A stretch of 64,000 nucleotides of DNA from an uncultured Clostridia bacterium (GCA_934177485.1 CAKPPF010000004.1:10916-74915); one strand, 5' to 3'. Positions 30,803 through 39,470 are shown, counted from the stretch's first letter. Made by a program: numbers and translations. The notes: generated by a model not told the origin, from the letters alone.

Positions 30803-30910
30803 GTTATATAACAAGTTTAGGCTTCCTTAGTTCTGCCCAAGCAAAGCAAGTGGCATGTATTTTGCAATTGCTTTGAAGGTATACTTAGTGAAATGCCTTT
30901 CTTATATTTT

Positions 30911-30985
30911 TGGTGACCCCTACGGGAATCGAACCCATGATTCCACCTTGAGAGGGTGGCGTCTTAACCGCTTGACCAAGGGGCC
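30911..30985 (-). tRNA. tRNA-Glu (anticodon CUC), CCA encoded
   Basis: GGCCCCTTGGTCAAGCGGTTAAGACGCCACCCTCTCAAGGTGGAATCATGGGTTCGATTCCCGTAGGGGTCACCA folds as a cloverleaf with anticodon loop CTCTCAA. The backbone resembles Bacillus tRNA-Glu. Confidence 0.9.
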
Positions 30986-31002
30986 ATTTATTGTACTTAT
31001 AT

Positions 31003-31031
31003 ATATTAGCAATTTTTATTTGCTTTGTCAA
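31003..31031 (-). promoter_or_regulatory. sigma-A-type promoter of the tRNA-Glu gene
   Basis: Minus strand TTGACA-17 nt-TAATAT, about 17 nt upstream of the tRNA 5' end. Confidence 0.5.
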
Positions 31032-31075
31032 TAGTTTTTGCTGTTATATCTATTTCATTAGTTAATGATTTAACT

Positions 31076-31240
31076 GGCAGGCACAAGACCTGCCCCTACA
31101 TCTTTTTAATTTATATTAATTACTAAATTGTATTTTGGGCAGATGCAAGCCCTCTACAATGAGAATATCTCAAAGAGCTAGTGTTTAGCTATTTTTTTAA
31201 ATAGTAGCGAATGAGAAATTTCCTATTATGTAAAAAAAAA
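31076..31240 (+). repeat. intergenic repeat: GGCAGG hairpin (31076-31100), a variant hairpin (31137-31158) and a degenerate unit B
   Basis: GGCAGGCACAAGACCTGCCCCTACA, then ...ATCTCAAAGAGCTAGTGTTTAGCTATTTTT plus a degenerate TAGTAGCGAAT/ATTTCCTATTA palindrome. Confidence 0.7.
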
Positions 31241-31257
31241 GAAGCTCATGCTTCTTT

Positions 31258-31458
31258 TTATTGTATACCATATTTCTTTTTAAATTTATCTGCTCTACCA
31301 CCTGTTGTATTTTGTTTTAAGTTACCTGTCCAGTATGGATGACATTTTGAGCAAACATCAACTTTTATATCTTTTTTTGTTGATTTTGTCTCCATTACAT
31401 TTCCACATGCACATGTTATTGTTGCTTCTTTAAATTCTGGGTGTAATCCTTCTTTCAT
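31258..31458 (-). CDS. rpmE: 50S ribosomal protein L31
   Basis: MKEGLHPEF...CACG...[10 protein letters not shown]; start set at the conserved MKEG. Confidence 0.9.
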   Translation of the reverse strand: MKEGLHPEFKEATITCACGNVMETKSTKKDIKVDVCSKCHPYWTGNLKQNTTGGRADKFKKKYGIQ

Positions 31459-31545
31459 AATGTTATTCACCTCTTTCTTAATCTCTAATAAAAAATACTG
31501 TTTAATATTCTAGCATATATTTATTCTTTTTTCAAGACTTTTTAT

Positions 31546-31695
31546 CTATTTTTCATTATTATTTAATACATATTGAGCTGTTTGAATTAATTGTTCTTTA
31601 AATGTTGTTCTTTTTACAACTTTTGAGACAATATTAAACAAGCAACAAATAATAAGTATTAAAAGTCCTATCTTTTTCCAGTATTTAGCTATCAT
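31546..31695 (-). CDS. possible 49-aa membrane peptide
   Basis: ORF MIAKYWKKIGLLILIICCLFNIV... follows RBS AGGAGAAAAAG; no family recognised. Confidence 0.3.
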   Translation of the reverse strand: MIAKYWKKIGLLILIICCLFNIVSKVVKRTTFKEQLIQTAQYVLNNNEK

Positions 31696-31764
31696 CTTTT
31701 TCTCCTATACGAAATAAACTACTACTTTATTATACTACATTTGATTTTTTTGTCAAGAGGCTAA

Positions 31765-33063
31765 TTATTCTGCACTATTAAGTTTGTTTTCTTTAATAAT
31801 ATCTAATGTTGTTTTGTATGTATAGAAACTACCAACTACAAAATAAACGCAATTTGTTTCTTTGTTTTTCAATGATGCTTTTAGTGCATCTGTTAATTCC
31901 ATTTTTTCGATATTAGCCTGTCTATACTTTTTTGCTATGTTATATAATTCTTCTTTTGCTGTGTATCTATCTTCATTATTTCCAGTAGTAAAAATAAACT
32001 TTGCACTTTCATCTTTTAATAAAAGCTCAACCATTTTTTTATAATCTTTTCTTTTTAAAATAGAAACAATATAAGTTCTATTGTAATCCTTAAAATACAT
32101 TTCTACCATAGAGTGAAGATTTTCTATTGCTGGCTCATTATGAGCTCCATCAAAAATTACTAATGGATTTTTATTTAAAGTTTCCATTCGTGCTTTATGT
32201 ACAACAGTTTTTAATCCCTCTCTAATGCTTTTTTCAGATACATTATACCCATTTTCTTTTATAATATCTATACATTTTATACAAATAGCTGCATTTTGAA
32301 TTTGTTTTTTTCCTTTTAAAACAACCTCAAGTCTTTTATATGATTCATAATCAAAATATTGATATTTGTTGTCAAAACTATAATTTGTAATACTTTCGTT
32401 TTTTATTATATGTAAATTGTTATTTTTTTCTTTTGCAACTTTTTTTAATACATTATTTATTTCATCTTTTTGTTCAAAAAATACAGTATTTGAATTTTCT
32501 TTCATAATTCCAGCTTTTTGATAAGCTATTTGTGGTAATGTATTTCCAAGAATTTTCATATGATCATATCCTATAGACGTAATAACAGATACAAGTGTAT
32601 TATTTATAATATTAGTACAATCATATAATCCACCTAACCCTGTTTCTAGTACAACAAAATCTACCTTGCTTCTATAAAAATGTATAAATGCAATTAATGT
32701 TATTAATTCAAAAAAAGTAACTTTAGTATTTTCTTCTGTTTCATACTGTTTAATTTGTGGTTCTAATTCAATTATTATTTTAGCAATTTCCTCATCTGAA
32801 ATCTCCTTATTATTAATAATTATTCTTTCATTATATTTTATTAAATGAGGAGATATAAACTTTCCAACTTTATACCCTTGCTTAAATAATATATTACTTA
32901 TCATTTCTGTGCAACTACCTTTTCCATTTGTTCCGGCTATATGTATAAATTTCATTTTTTCTTGGAAATTATTATATTTAGCTAAAAAATATTCCATGGT
33001 TTTTAGTGACTGTTCTTTTGTTCCCTTATAATAGTTATTAAAATACTCTTCTATATTTATCAT
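31765..33063 (-). CDS. folC: folylpolyglutamate synthase / dihydrofolate synthase
   Basis: P-loop HIAGTNGKGS and Mur-ligase-like organisation. Confidence 0.9.
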   Translation of the reverse strand: MINIEEYFNNYYKGTKEQSLKTMEYFLAKYNNFQEKMKFIHIAGTNGKGSCTEMISNILFKQGYKVGKFISPHLIKYNERIIINNKEISDEEIAKIIIELEPQIKQYETEENTKVTFFELITLIAFIHFYRSKVDFVVLETGLGGLYDCTNIINNTLVSVITSIGYDHMKILGNTLPQIAYQKAGIMKENSNTVFFEQKDEINNVLKKVAKEKNNNLHIIKNESITNYSFDNKYQYFDYESYKRLEVVLKGKKQIQNAAICIKCIDIIKENGYNVSEKSIREGLKTVVHKARMETLNKNPLVIFDGAHNEPAIENLHSMVEMYFKDYNRTYIVSILKRKDYKKMVELLLKDESAKFIFTTGNNEDRYTAKEELYNIAKKYRQANIEKMELTDALKASLKNKETNCVYFVVGSFYTYKTTLDIIKENKLNSAE

Positions 33064-33124
33064 TTTTTACTCCAATTTTTTTCTCTATTTTAATACATTT
33101 ATTATTTTTTTACAAGCATTTATT

Positions 33125-33220
33125 GGAACAAAATGGCTCAAATCGCGCTTTGTTTCCACCCGATTTAAACATTCTGGCTGTAAGAATAAAACCTCAAAAA
33201 AGTGGCTAAGCCACTTTTTT
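33125..33220 (+). repeat. degenerate intergenic repeat copy
   Basis: GGAACAAA...TTTGTTTCC hairpin, CCGATTT...CCTCAAA core remnant, then an AAAAAGTGGCTAAGCCACTTTTT hairpin that also looks like the terminator of the carboxypeptidase gene. Confidence 0.65.
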
Positions 33221-33223
33221 CTT

Positions 33224-34444
33224 TTACCTACACAAATTAAACCATTTTTTATATAAAGACATAGTTATATTCCACATATTATTTTTTTCAACATTCTCCT
33301 GTGCCACTAAATTGATTTCTAAAATTTTATTTTCCCCCGCATTGTATTCTATTTTGCCAAGAACATCTCCCTCTTCTATTGGAGCTGTTATATTTTTATC
33401 TATTATTATGTTTTGAGTTATATTTCCGTTATCACCTTTTTTTACAAGTACTGAGGCATCTTTTTCTAGTACTAAATTAACTTTTGATTTAATTCCCTTA
33501 TTTATATCTGCTGTACAAATTACATCTCCTTTATTTCCAAAATTCTTGCTATTATAATTTGCAAATCCATAATTTAGTATCTTTGTAGCCTCTGCAAATC
33601 TAATTTTAGTTGTTGGTGCTTTCATTATTACTCCAATTAAACTTAAACCATCTCTTGTTGCTGACGCAGATAGGTTATATAAAGCAATAGAAGTTGAGCC
33701 AGTTTTTAATCCTGTGGCTCCTTTGTAATTTCTTATTAGTTTGTTTGTATTAACTAAACTAGATTTTCCATCTCTTATTGAATCCATCCAGATTGTTGTA
33801 AATTCTGTTATACTTGGATGATTATTTAACAATTCTTTTGACATTAATGCAATGTCATATGCAGATGTCACATGTCCATCTTCATCTATACCATGGCAGT
33901 TTTTAAAACACGTATCATTCATTCCTAGTGTTTTTGCTTTTGCATTCATCATTTGAACAAAAGCTTCTTCAGAACCAGCTAAGTATTCTGCCATGGCAAC
34001 AGTACAATCATTTGCTGATACAACACATATTGATTTAAGCATATCTCTTACGGTTAAATTTTCTGTTGTATCTAACCAAATTTGTGATCCACCCATTGCA
34101 TGTGCATTTTCGCTACATGGTACTGTATCTTCGTATTTTATTCTTCCACCATCTATTGCTTCCATAATTAATAAAATACTCATTATTTTAGTAACACTAG
34201 CGGGTCTTAATTGTTCATGCATATTATGAGCATATAAAATTTTTCCTGTTGTTTGTTCTATTAGTATTGCTGCTCCAGATTCAAGATTTAATGTGTTATC
34301 TTCATTCACATCAGCTACAGTTTGTAGTGTATTTATTGAGCTATTTGTATTATTTGACCAGGTAAATATTGCATCAGTCGCAAAACAAACGCCTGAAATA
34401 GTTATTATAAAAATAATAAAAAATATAATTGCTTTATTTTTCAT
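33224..34444 (-). CDS. serine-type D-Ala-D-Ala carboxypeptidase (PBP5/DacB-like)
   Basis: SxxK (ASVTKIM), SxN (SAND) and KTG (KTGST) motifs. Signal/TM segment present. Start moved to ATG 34444 after AGGAGGAG. Confidence 0.85.
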   Translation of the reverse strand: MKNKAIIFFIIFIITISGVCFATDAIFTWSNNTNSSINTLQTVADVNEDNTLNLESGAAILIEQTTGKILYAHNMHEQLRPASVTKIMSILLIMEAIDGGRIKYEDTVPCSENAHAMGGSQIWLDTTENLTVRDMLKSICVVSANDCTVAMAEYLAGSEEAFVQMMNAKAKTLGMNDTCFKNCHGIDEDGHVTSAYDIALMSKELLNNHPSITEFTTIWMDSIRDGKSSLVNTNKLIRNYKGATGLKTGSTSIALYNLSASATRDGLSLIGVIMKAPTTKIRFAEATKILNYGFANYNSKNFGNKGDVICTADINKGIKSKVNLVLEKDASVLVKKGDNGNITQNIIIDKNITAPIEEGDVLGKIEYNAGENKILEINLVAQENVEKNNMWNITMSLYKKWFNLCR

Positions 34445-34541
34445 AAATCTCCTCCTATTTATGAATTTATATTTAAAATATCTATATTTCAAATGCAAAT
34501 TCAAAATACTGATTTATAACAATTATATTCTTTATTTAAAA

Positions 34542-35186
34542 CTATATTCTTATTAATTTTATTTTAACTTTATTATCTTCGACCTTAGCTTCTAACTTAA
34601 CATCATAATCTAATGTATTTTCAAATTTTAGATCTGCAGATTTATATGAGACAGCTGCATCTTTTCCATCTTTTATATAAACAACATCTCTGCTATGTTC
34701 ATGTCTTTCTTTTATCTCTAGTCCATCTGCATCAAGTACTGCATTGTATATTGTTGTACTAACCTGGCATATTCCTCCTCCATAGCTCTTTTTTACTTTT
34801 CCATCTGGTGTAAAAGTTTTTGCTTTTTTATATCCCTTTTCCTTTGTAGGATTTCCTATTACTTCCCACAGTGAAAATGTTTCTCCTCGTTTTATTATTG
34901 TCCCATTTAGTGTGTCACATGCTAATTCTATATTAGAATATCTTTCTTTGGTATCTTTAGGAAGTTTAGTAGAAAAACTAGATAATTCTTCCTCATTATT
35001 TTCTTCGTCTTCTCTTATAGTTGTGCTTTCTTGTACATTTGTGTTTTGTATTGTTGTATCTACTCTTTGAGCAGTGTATTCATTATTGTTTTTATTAGCT
35101 ATTTTAGTATTGTTATTTTTATAAAAAATAAATATTATACTGCCAATTAGTAAAATTAAAAATAATATCCATAAGACTTTTTTCAT
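34542..35186 (-). CDS. VanW-family protein
   Basis: N-terminal TM helix and the VanW-like core GGGICQVSTTIYNA. Confidence 0.8.
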   Translation of the reverse strand: MKKVLWILFLILLIGSIIFIFYKNNNTKIANKNNNEYTAQRVDTTIQNTNVQESTTIREDEENNEEELSSFSTKLPKDTKERYSNIELACDTLNGTIIKRGETFSLWEVIGNPTKEKGYKKAKTFTPDGKVKKSYGGGICQVSTTIYNAVLDADGLEIKERHEHSRDVVYIKDGKDAAVSYKSADLKFENTLDYDVKLEAKVEDNKVKIKLIRI

Positions 35187-35242
35187 TTTTATCTCCTCTG
35201 GATATTATTTTTACCATTTTTTTATTTTTTATTTATGTATTT

Positions 35243-35488
35243 TTATTCCCATTCAATTGTTGCGGGTGGTTTACTAGTTATATCATAAACAACTCTATTT
35301 ACATGTTTGACTTCATTTACTATTCTACTAGATACTTTTTCCAATACATCATATGGAATTTTTGACCATGTTGCTGTCATAAAATCTGTAGTTTTCACAC
35401 TTCTTAATGCTATTGTATAATCATATGTTCTATAATCTCCCATTACACCAACACTTCTTATGTTAGTTAATACTGCAAAATATTGGTT
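35243..35488 (-). pseudogene. guaA: 3'-terminal fragment of guaA (GMP synthase), last ~80 codons only
   Basis: [30 protein letters not shown]...[19 protein letters not shown] matches the canonical GuaA C-terminus. No GuaA N-terminal sequence lies upstream. The ORF-track extension runs through a terminator. Confidence 0.85.
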
Positions 35489-35520
35489 TAAATCTTTTTT
35501 TAATTTTGTGTTAAAAAAAA

Positions 35521-35558
35521 TAAAAAATGAAAAAGCTAAGAGCAACACCCTTAGCTTT
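35521..35558 (-). terminator. intrinsic terminator after the nucleotidyltransferase gene
   Basis: AAAGCTAAG-N9-CTTAGCTTT followed by a U-run on the minus strand. Confidence 0.65.
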
Positions 35559-35567
35559 TGTGAACGG

Positions 35568-36206
35568 TTATTTTTCAAGAAGTTCTCTAACATTACGTTT
35601 TATCCAACTAGGAAGTGGTTGCAACAGTGATTCTTCCAATACTTCTCTAAAATTCAGTTCCTCTTTGAGATATTCTTGGAGAAGCATTCTTTTGAACCTT
35701 CTTTTAGCTTGCCACCCTTCCATCATACAGTAAAGAACATATAATGCTTCAACTGTGATTAACGGAATAACAATTTGCGTTTCTTCATAAATTTTGCAAT
35801 ATTCAATTTCTTTCGGTGAATATTGATAAACATATTCAGTTTCAAAAGTTTTCACTCTAAAACCTGCAATTATATCAACATCAACTCTACCCAATTGATA
35901 ATGCATATATATATCCGATTCGCAAAAACCATTTCCGCCTGTCGCAACAAGAGTTGCATTTAAAGAATTCATTATTTTTGATACTTTGTTAATATCTGAA
36001 ATATCAACAATCATATCAAAGTCATGAAACTCATCCACAATTCCTCTAAGGAATAGATTTGTAGAGCAACCAAGTCCCCATTGGACATTTTCTTCTTCAA
36101 ACATCTTTACAAGTTTCAAGAGAACAATTTTCCGTTCCTCATATTCCTCATCTTCAAGTAGACAAGAAATATTCCATTCTCTCTGATAATTATAATTGTT
36201 TTCCAT
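35568..36206 (-). CDS. small nucleotidyltransferase-fold protein (Lnu(A)/ANT(2'')-like layout)
   Basis: [13 protein letters not shown]...FHDFDMIVD resembles the G-S/G ... D-x-D catalytic core of polymerase-beta-type NTases. The size (212 aa) fits small antibiotic or minimal NTases. Confidence 0.55.
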   Translation of the reverse strand: MENNYNYQREWNISCLLEDEEYEERKIVLLKLVKMFEEENVQWGLGCSTNLFLRGIVDEFHDFDMIVDISDINKVSKIMNSLNATLVATGGNGFCESDIYMHYQLGRVDVDIIAGFRVKTFETEYVYQYSPKEIEYCKIYEETQIVIPLITVEALYVLYCMMEGWQAKRRFKRMLLQEYLKEELNFREVLEESLLQPLPSWIKRNVRELLEK

Positions 36207-36368
36207 ATTTCATCCTCCTTAAGATTAATTATCATAAAAAATGTATATATTTTTATATTAACATAAAATCTTTTTTTAGTCAAATTCATTAATTAATATA
36301 ATGATTCATTGCCAATTCAAAATTTATATAGTAAAATATTTATATATATTAGTTTGGAGGATATTTTT

Positions 36369-37016
36369 ATGAAAAATTCTGTTTTAAACTTTTTAGGTAA
36401 AGATTCTGGTTTTGGAGATAATAATAATTCTGCATATATTGAAGAAAATAATAATTTATATATTATTGATTGTGGTTTTACTGTTTTTAATAAAATAAAG
36501 AACAAGTTTGATTTTAACACATATAATAATATTTATATTATTATAACTCATCTTCATAATGATCACGCAGGTTCTTTAAGCCAATTAATTTTATATTTAT
36601 GGTTTGTTTACAATAAGAAAGCTACAGTTATTAGCAAATGTATTAATATAAAAAAATACTTAGAAATAACTGGTACTCCAGAAGAAGCTTATGACATAAA
36701 AAATAATTTAGATAATGTTTCTTTTATTCAAACAACTCATACTCCATTTTTAGACGTATATGGCTTTATTGGAACTTTTGGAGGTAAAAAAATTCTTTAT
36801 ACTGGTGATACAAATTCTTTAGAAAATTTTATACCTTTTTTCAATGAGATTAAAGAACTGTATATAGATGTATCTAAATACGGAGGCGCTCATTTAAAAA
36901 TTGATGATATAATAGATATTTTATATGATTTAAAACAAAAAGATATAGATATAAATTTTATGCATATGGATGACAAGAATTATATTGAAAGTATAATAAA
37001 TAAAAAAGCTCAATAA
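36369..37016 (+). CDS. MBL-fold metallo-hydrolase
   Basis: HxHxDH motif (THLHNDHAG) with downstream His/Asp ligands (YTGDT, HM). Start moved to ATG 36369 after GGAGGA. Confidence 0.75.
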   Translation: MKNSVLNFLGKDSGFGDNNNSAYIEENNNLYIIDCGFTVFNKIKNKFDFNTYNNIYIIITHLHNDHAGSLSQLILYLWFVYNKKATVISKCINIKKYLEITGTPEEAYDIKNNLDNVSFIQTTHTPFLDVYGFIGTFGGKKILYTGDTNSLENFIPFFNEIKELYIDVSKYGGAHLKIDDIIDILYDLKQKDIDINFMHMDDKNYIESIINKKAQ

Positions 37017-37044
37017 TTAAAATTATTGAACTTTTTATTTAGTT

Positions 37045-37575
37045 TTATTGTTTGAAATTTAAAATCTTTCCAACTATATGTACAATGCTTGTTGAATGTT
37101 CCTGTGCTATTACTTTTCCTGCTGCTTTTGATCCAACTGTTACAGCAGCAACAACAGCGCTTATTAAGAAGTCTATATTTACCTGTATATTTAACATATT
37201 CGTTATTTTTACCGCAATCATTGCACTAATTGCACCACTAAGTACTCCGCAAATATCTCCTATAACATCACAACAAATATTGGCAACCTTAGCTGAGTTC
37301 CTAATTAATTTAATTGATGCTTTTGCACCTTTTATTTTTTTACTTGCTTTTGCATGGAAGTCTTCTTCGCTTCCAACTGTAACTGCAACGCCAATAATGT
37401 CTGTAACAATTCCTAGTAATATGACAAGCAAAAGAATTATTATTGCTGGTATTAGTCCTAATTTATCTATTGCATTTGTTGATAAAAATGAAAATAACAA
37501 AGAAAGTCCAAATGTAATTCCTAATACTTGGACTGCCCATGAATATTTCCATTTTTGTTTTTTATTTTCTTTCAA
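37045..37575 (-). CDS. hypothetical integral membrane protein
   Basis: 176 aa with 3-4 TM helices and an amphipathic Lys-rich loop; TTG start after GAGGAAAAAA. Preferred over the antisense ORF 37052..37603, whose translation is low-complexity. Confidence 0.55.
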   Translation of the reverse strand: MKENKKQKWKYSWAVQVLGITFGLSLLFSFLSTNAIDKLGLIPAIIILLLVILLGIVTDIIGVAVTVGSEEDFHAKASKKIKGAKASIKLIRNSAKVANICCDVIGDICGVLSGAISAMIAVKITNMLNIQVNIDFLISAVVAAVTVGSKAAGKVIAQEHSTSIVHIVGKILNFKQ

Positions 37576-38199
37576 TTTTTTCCTCGTTTATAATAAATAT
37601 TAGATGGTAAAAGTTTAGATAAATTTTACGGTTTAGGTCTAGTAGAATTTCTCTATTTTCTACCTCACATTACTGTTTGGCCGTTTCCATTTAAAGAAAA
37701 TACTCAAAATATTTTTTGAAAACTAGATCGCCACTCAAATCCGTACCACAATCTCTAAACTTCCTTGTAATAAAACAAACATTCTAGAAGTTTTCCTTGA
37801 AATCTTGTTTACTATCATTAGTCTCTTTTGCAACAATAATTTCATAGCAACAAATATAATGCTTCTGGCCATTAAGGACTATACTTTTTTCACTAATCCC
37901 AAAGTCATCACTCAAGACAGGCTACTCTATACATTGTGTCTTGGCACTTTGCATAGGTTACACTTAAAAATATTTTTCAAGTCTCAACGAACATAGGAAT
38001 TAATATATATGCCATTACATACTTTCCTATATTCTTTCTTCCTATAAACACACAAAGCTGGGCGTTTCGCGCATTTATAACAAGCTTCATAGATGTGCCT
38101 TTTAGTGGATTTTTAGCCCCACCCTCATAATAGACAAGATTACTAGAATAATGCACCATCGATTTCTATTATAACATATTTAATTGATTTTTTCAACAA
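37576..38199. other. ORF-less 0.6-kb stretch with coding-like composition (decayed gene or unassigned RNA)
   Basis: No ORF longer than 63 codons. On the minus strand, three successive fragments lie in different frames. Confidence 0.3.
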
Positions 38200-38832
38200 C
38201 TAGTCATCATCGTACTCAAACTCATCATCAAATAGGTCTTCCATCTCATCTGCTATTTCTTTGTTTTCCTCTTGCTTAATTTTCTTTGGTATATATTCAA
38301 ATTTTTCTTCTGTGGTTTTAGGTACTTTATTAATATGAGCTTTTTTATTATTTACATGTTCTTTTTTTATTTCTATATTATTTTTCTCGTCTTGTTCCTT
38401 TTTATTCTTTAACTCACTTTTAAGATTAGATTTGTTTAGTTTTTCAAATAAATCTGGAACATAATCTAAAATTTTATCTATGCATGAACTATGATTAACA
38501 GGAAGTAATCTTACTTTTCCTTCTTCAACAATTAAAAATGCAATAGGATTTATACTAACTGTTGCCCCACTTCCACCACCAAATGGTAGTCTATATTGTA
38601 CTTTTTCATCTTTATCCTTTTTAGTATATTCATCAATTGTTTCTCCCTTAAACTCGCTTCCACCAGCTGCGAACCCAAAACACACTTTAGATATTGGAAT
38701 TATAACTATATTATTTGATGTTTCAATAGGTTCCCCAATTATTGTGTTTACATCAATCATATTTTCTATACTACTCATTGCAGTAAGCATAAGGCCTTCT
38801 ATTGGATGATTTTCCATTATTTTCACTTCCAC
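38200..38832 (-). CDS. ytfJ: GerW/YtfJ-family sporulation protein with a Lys/Glu/Asp-rich C-terminal tail
   Basis: PFGGGSGATVSINPIAFLIV core typical of YtfJ/GerW; the start may be the internal MENHPIEG. Confidence 0.8.
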   Translation of the reverse strand: MEVKIMENHPIEGLMLTAMSSIENMIDVNTIIGEPIETSNNIVIIPISKVCFGFAAGGSEFKGETIDEYTKKDKDEKVQYRLPFGGGSGATVSINPIAFLIVEEGKVRLLPVNHSSCIDKILDYVPDLFEKLNKSNLKSELKNKKEQDEKNNIEIKKEHVNNKKAHINKVPKTTEEKFEYIPKKIKQEENKEIADEMEDLFDDEFEYDDD

Positions 38833-39415
38833 CTTTCTTTTTTAACAAGTATAATGTATTTATAATATTTACAATTTTTGCATTAATTATACAAACTGCA
38901 TTTAAATTTATAACATTTTTACTAATATTTAGAAACTCAATTTTGTTTATATACTTTCCTTTAATTTTGGGTGCAATTACTATTGGTAATATTGCTTCTG
39001 TAATTGCATATATAGTGCTTGTTAATATTGGAAATTCGGTTGAAAAATATCCATTTAATTCTATTTTTTCAATGGTAATATTACTATGCTTAATTACATA
39101 TATTATTAGTTTGTTGGCTTCCTTATCTAGTTTCATTTTTTGCATATTTATTTTTCCACTTTTTAACAATTTGCTAAATTTAATATTATCTAATTTTATT
39201 TCAAAGATTTTTATTTTATCTAAAAGATATACTGATAAGCTTAATTTAAATTTGATTTTTAATTTTTCTTTTACATTTGATATATTTAACTTTTTAATTT
39301 CTAGCTTAATATTTGATAACACCACTATTAGTAAAGCTAAATTAAAAAAAATTACAAATGCTAATAAAATAAAAACTAGTATCATGGTTTTACTCCTTAA
39401 TACTAGTTTTAACAT
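38771..39415 (-). CDS. DUF2953-like (YtfI-like) sporulation membrane protein
   Basis: N-terminal TM helix, Lys/Ile-rich beta-like repeats, position upstream of ytfJ. The 3' end overlaps ytfJ by about 47-62 nt. Confidence 0.55.
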   Translation of the reverse strand: MLKLVLRSKTMILVFILLAFVIFFNLALLIVVLSNIKLEIKKLNISNVKEKLKIKFKLSLSVYLLDKIKIFEIKLDNIKFSKLLKSGKINMQKMKLDKEANKLIIYVIKHSNITIEKIELNGYFSTEFPILTSTIYAITEAILPIVIAPKIKGKYINKIEFLNISKNVINLNAVCIINAKIVNIINTLYLLKKKGGSENNGKSSNRRPYAYCNE

Positions 39416-39470
39416 TTTTATTTTAAGTTAAACATTTTGTCAAGAACAAATAAAAAAAATTTCTATTTGA

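Noticed and set aside
35243-35593. The ORF-track 116-aa CDS taken as an intact gene.
   Set aside because: Only the last ~80 codons are GuaA-like. The first 36 codons run across the terminator of the neighbouring gene and poly-A/T sequence, so it is called a gene fragment instead.
37576-38199. RNase P RNA, tmRNA, SRP RNA, a group II intron or an M-box/other riboswitch in the long gap.
   Set aside because: By eye I could not find GAGGAAAGUCC-type P4 sequences, a tRNA-like 3' end with a T-loop, the SRP domain IV motif, the domain V consensus or M-box core motifs. A covariance-model scan is still needed.
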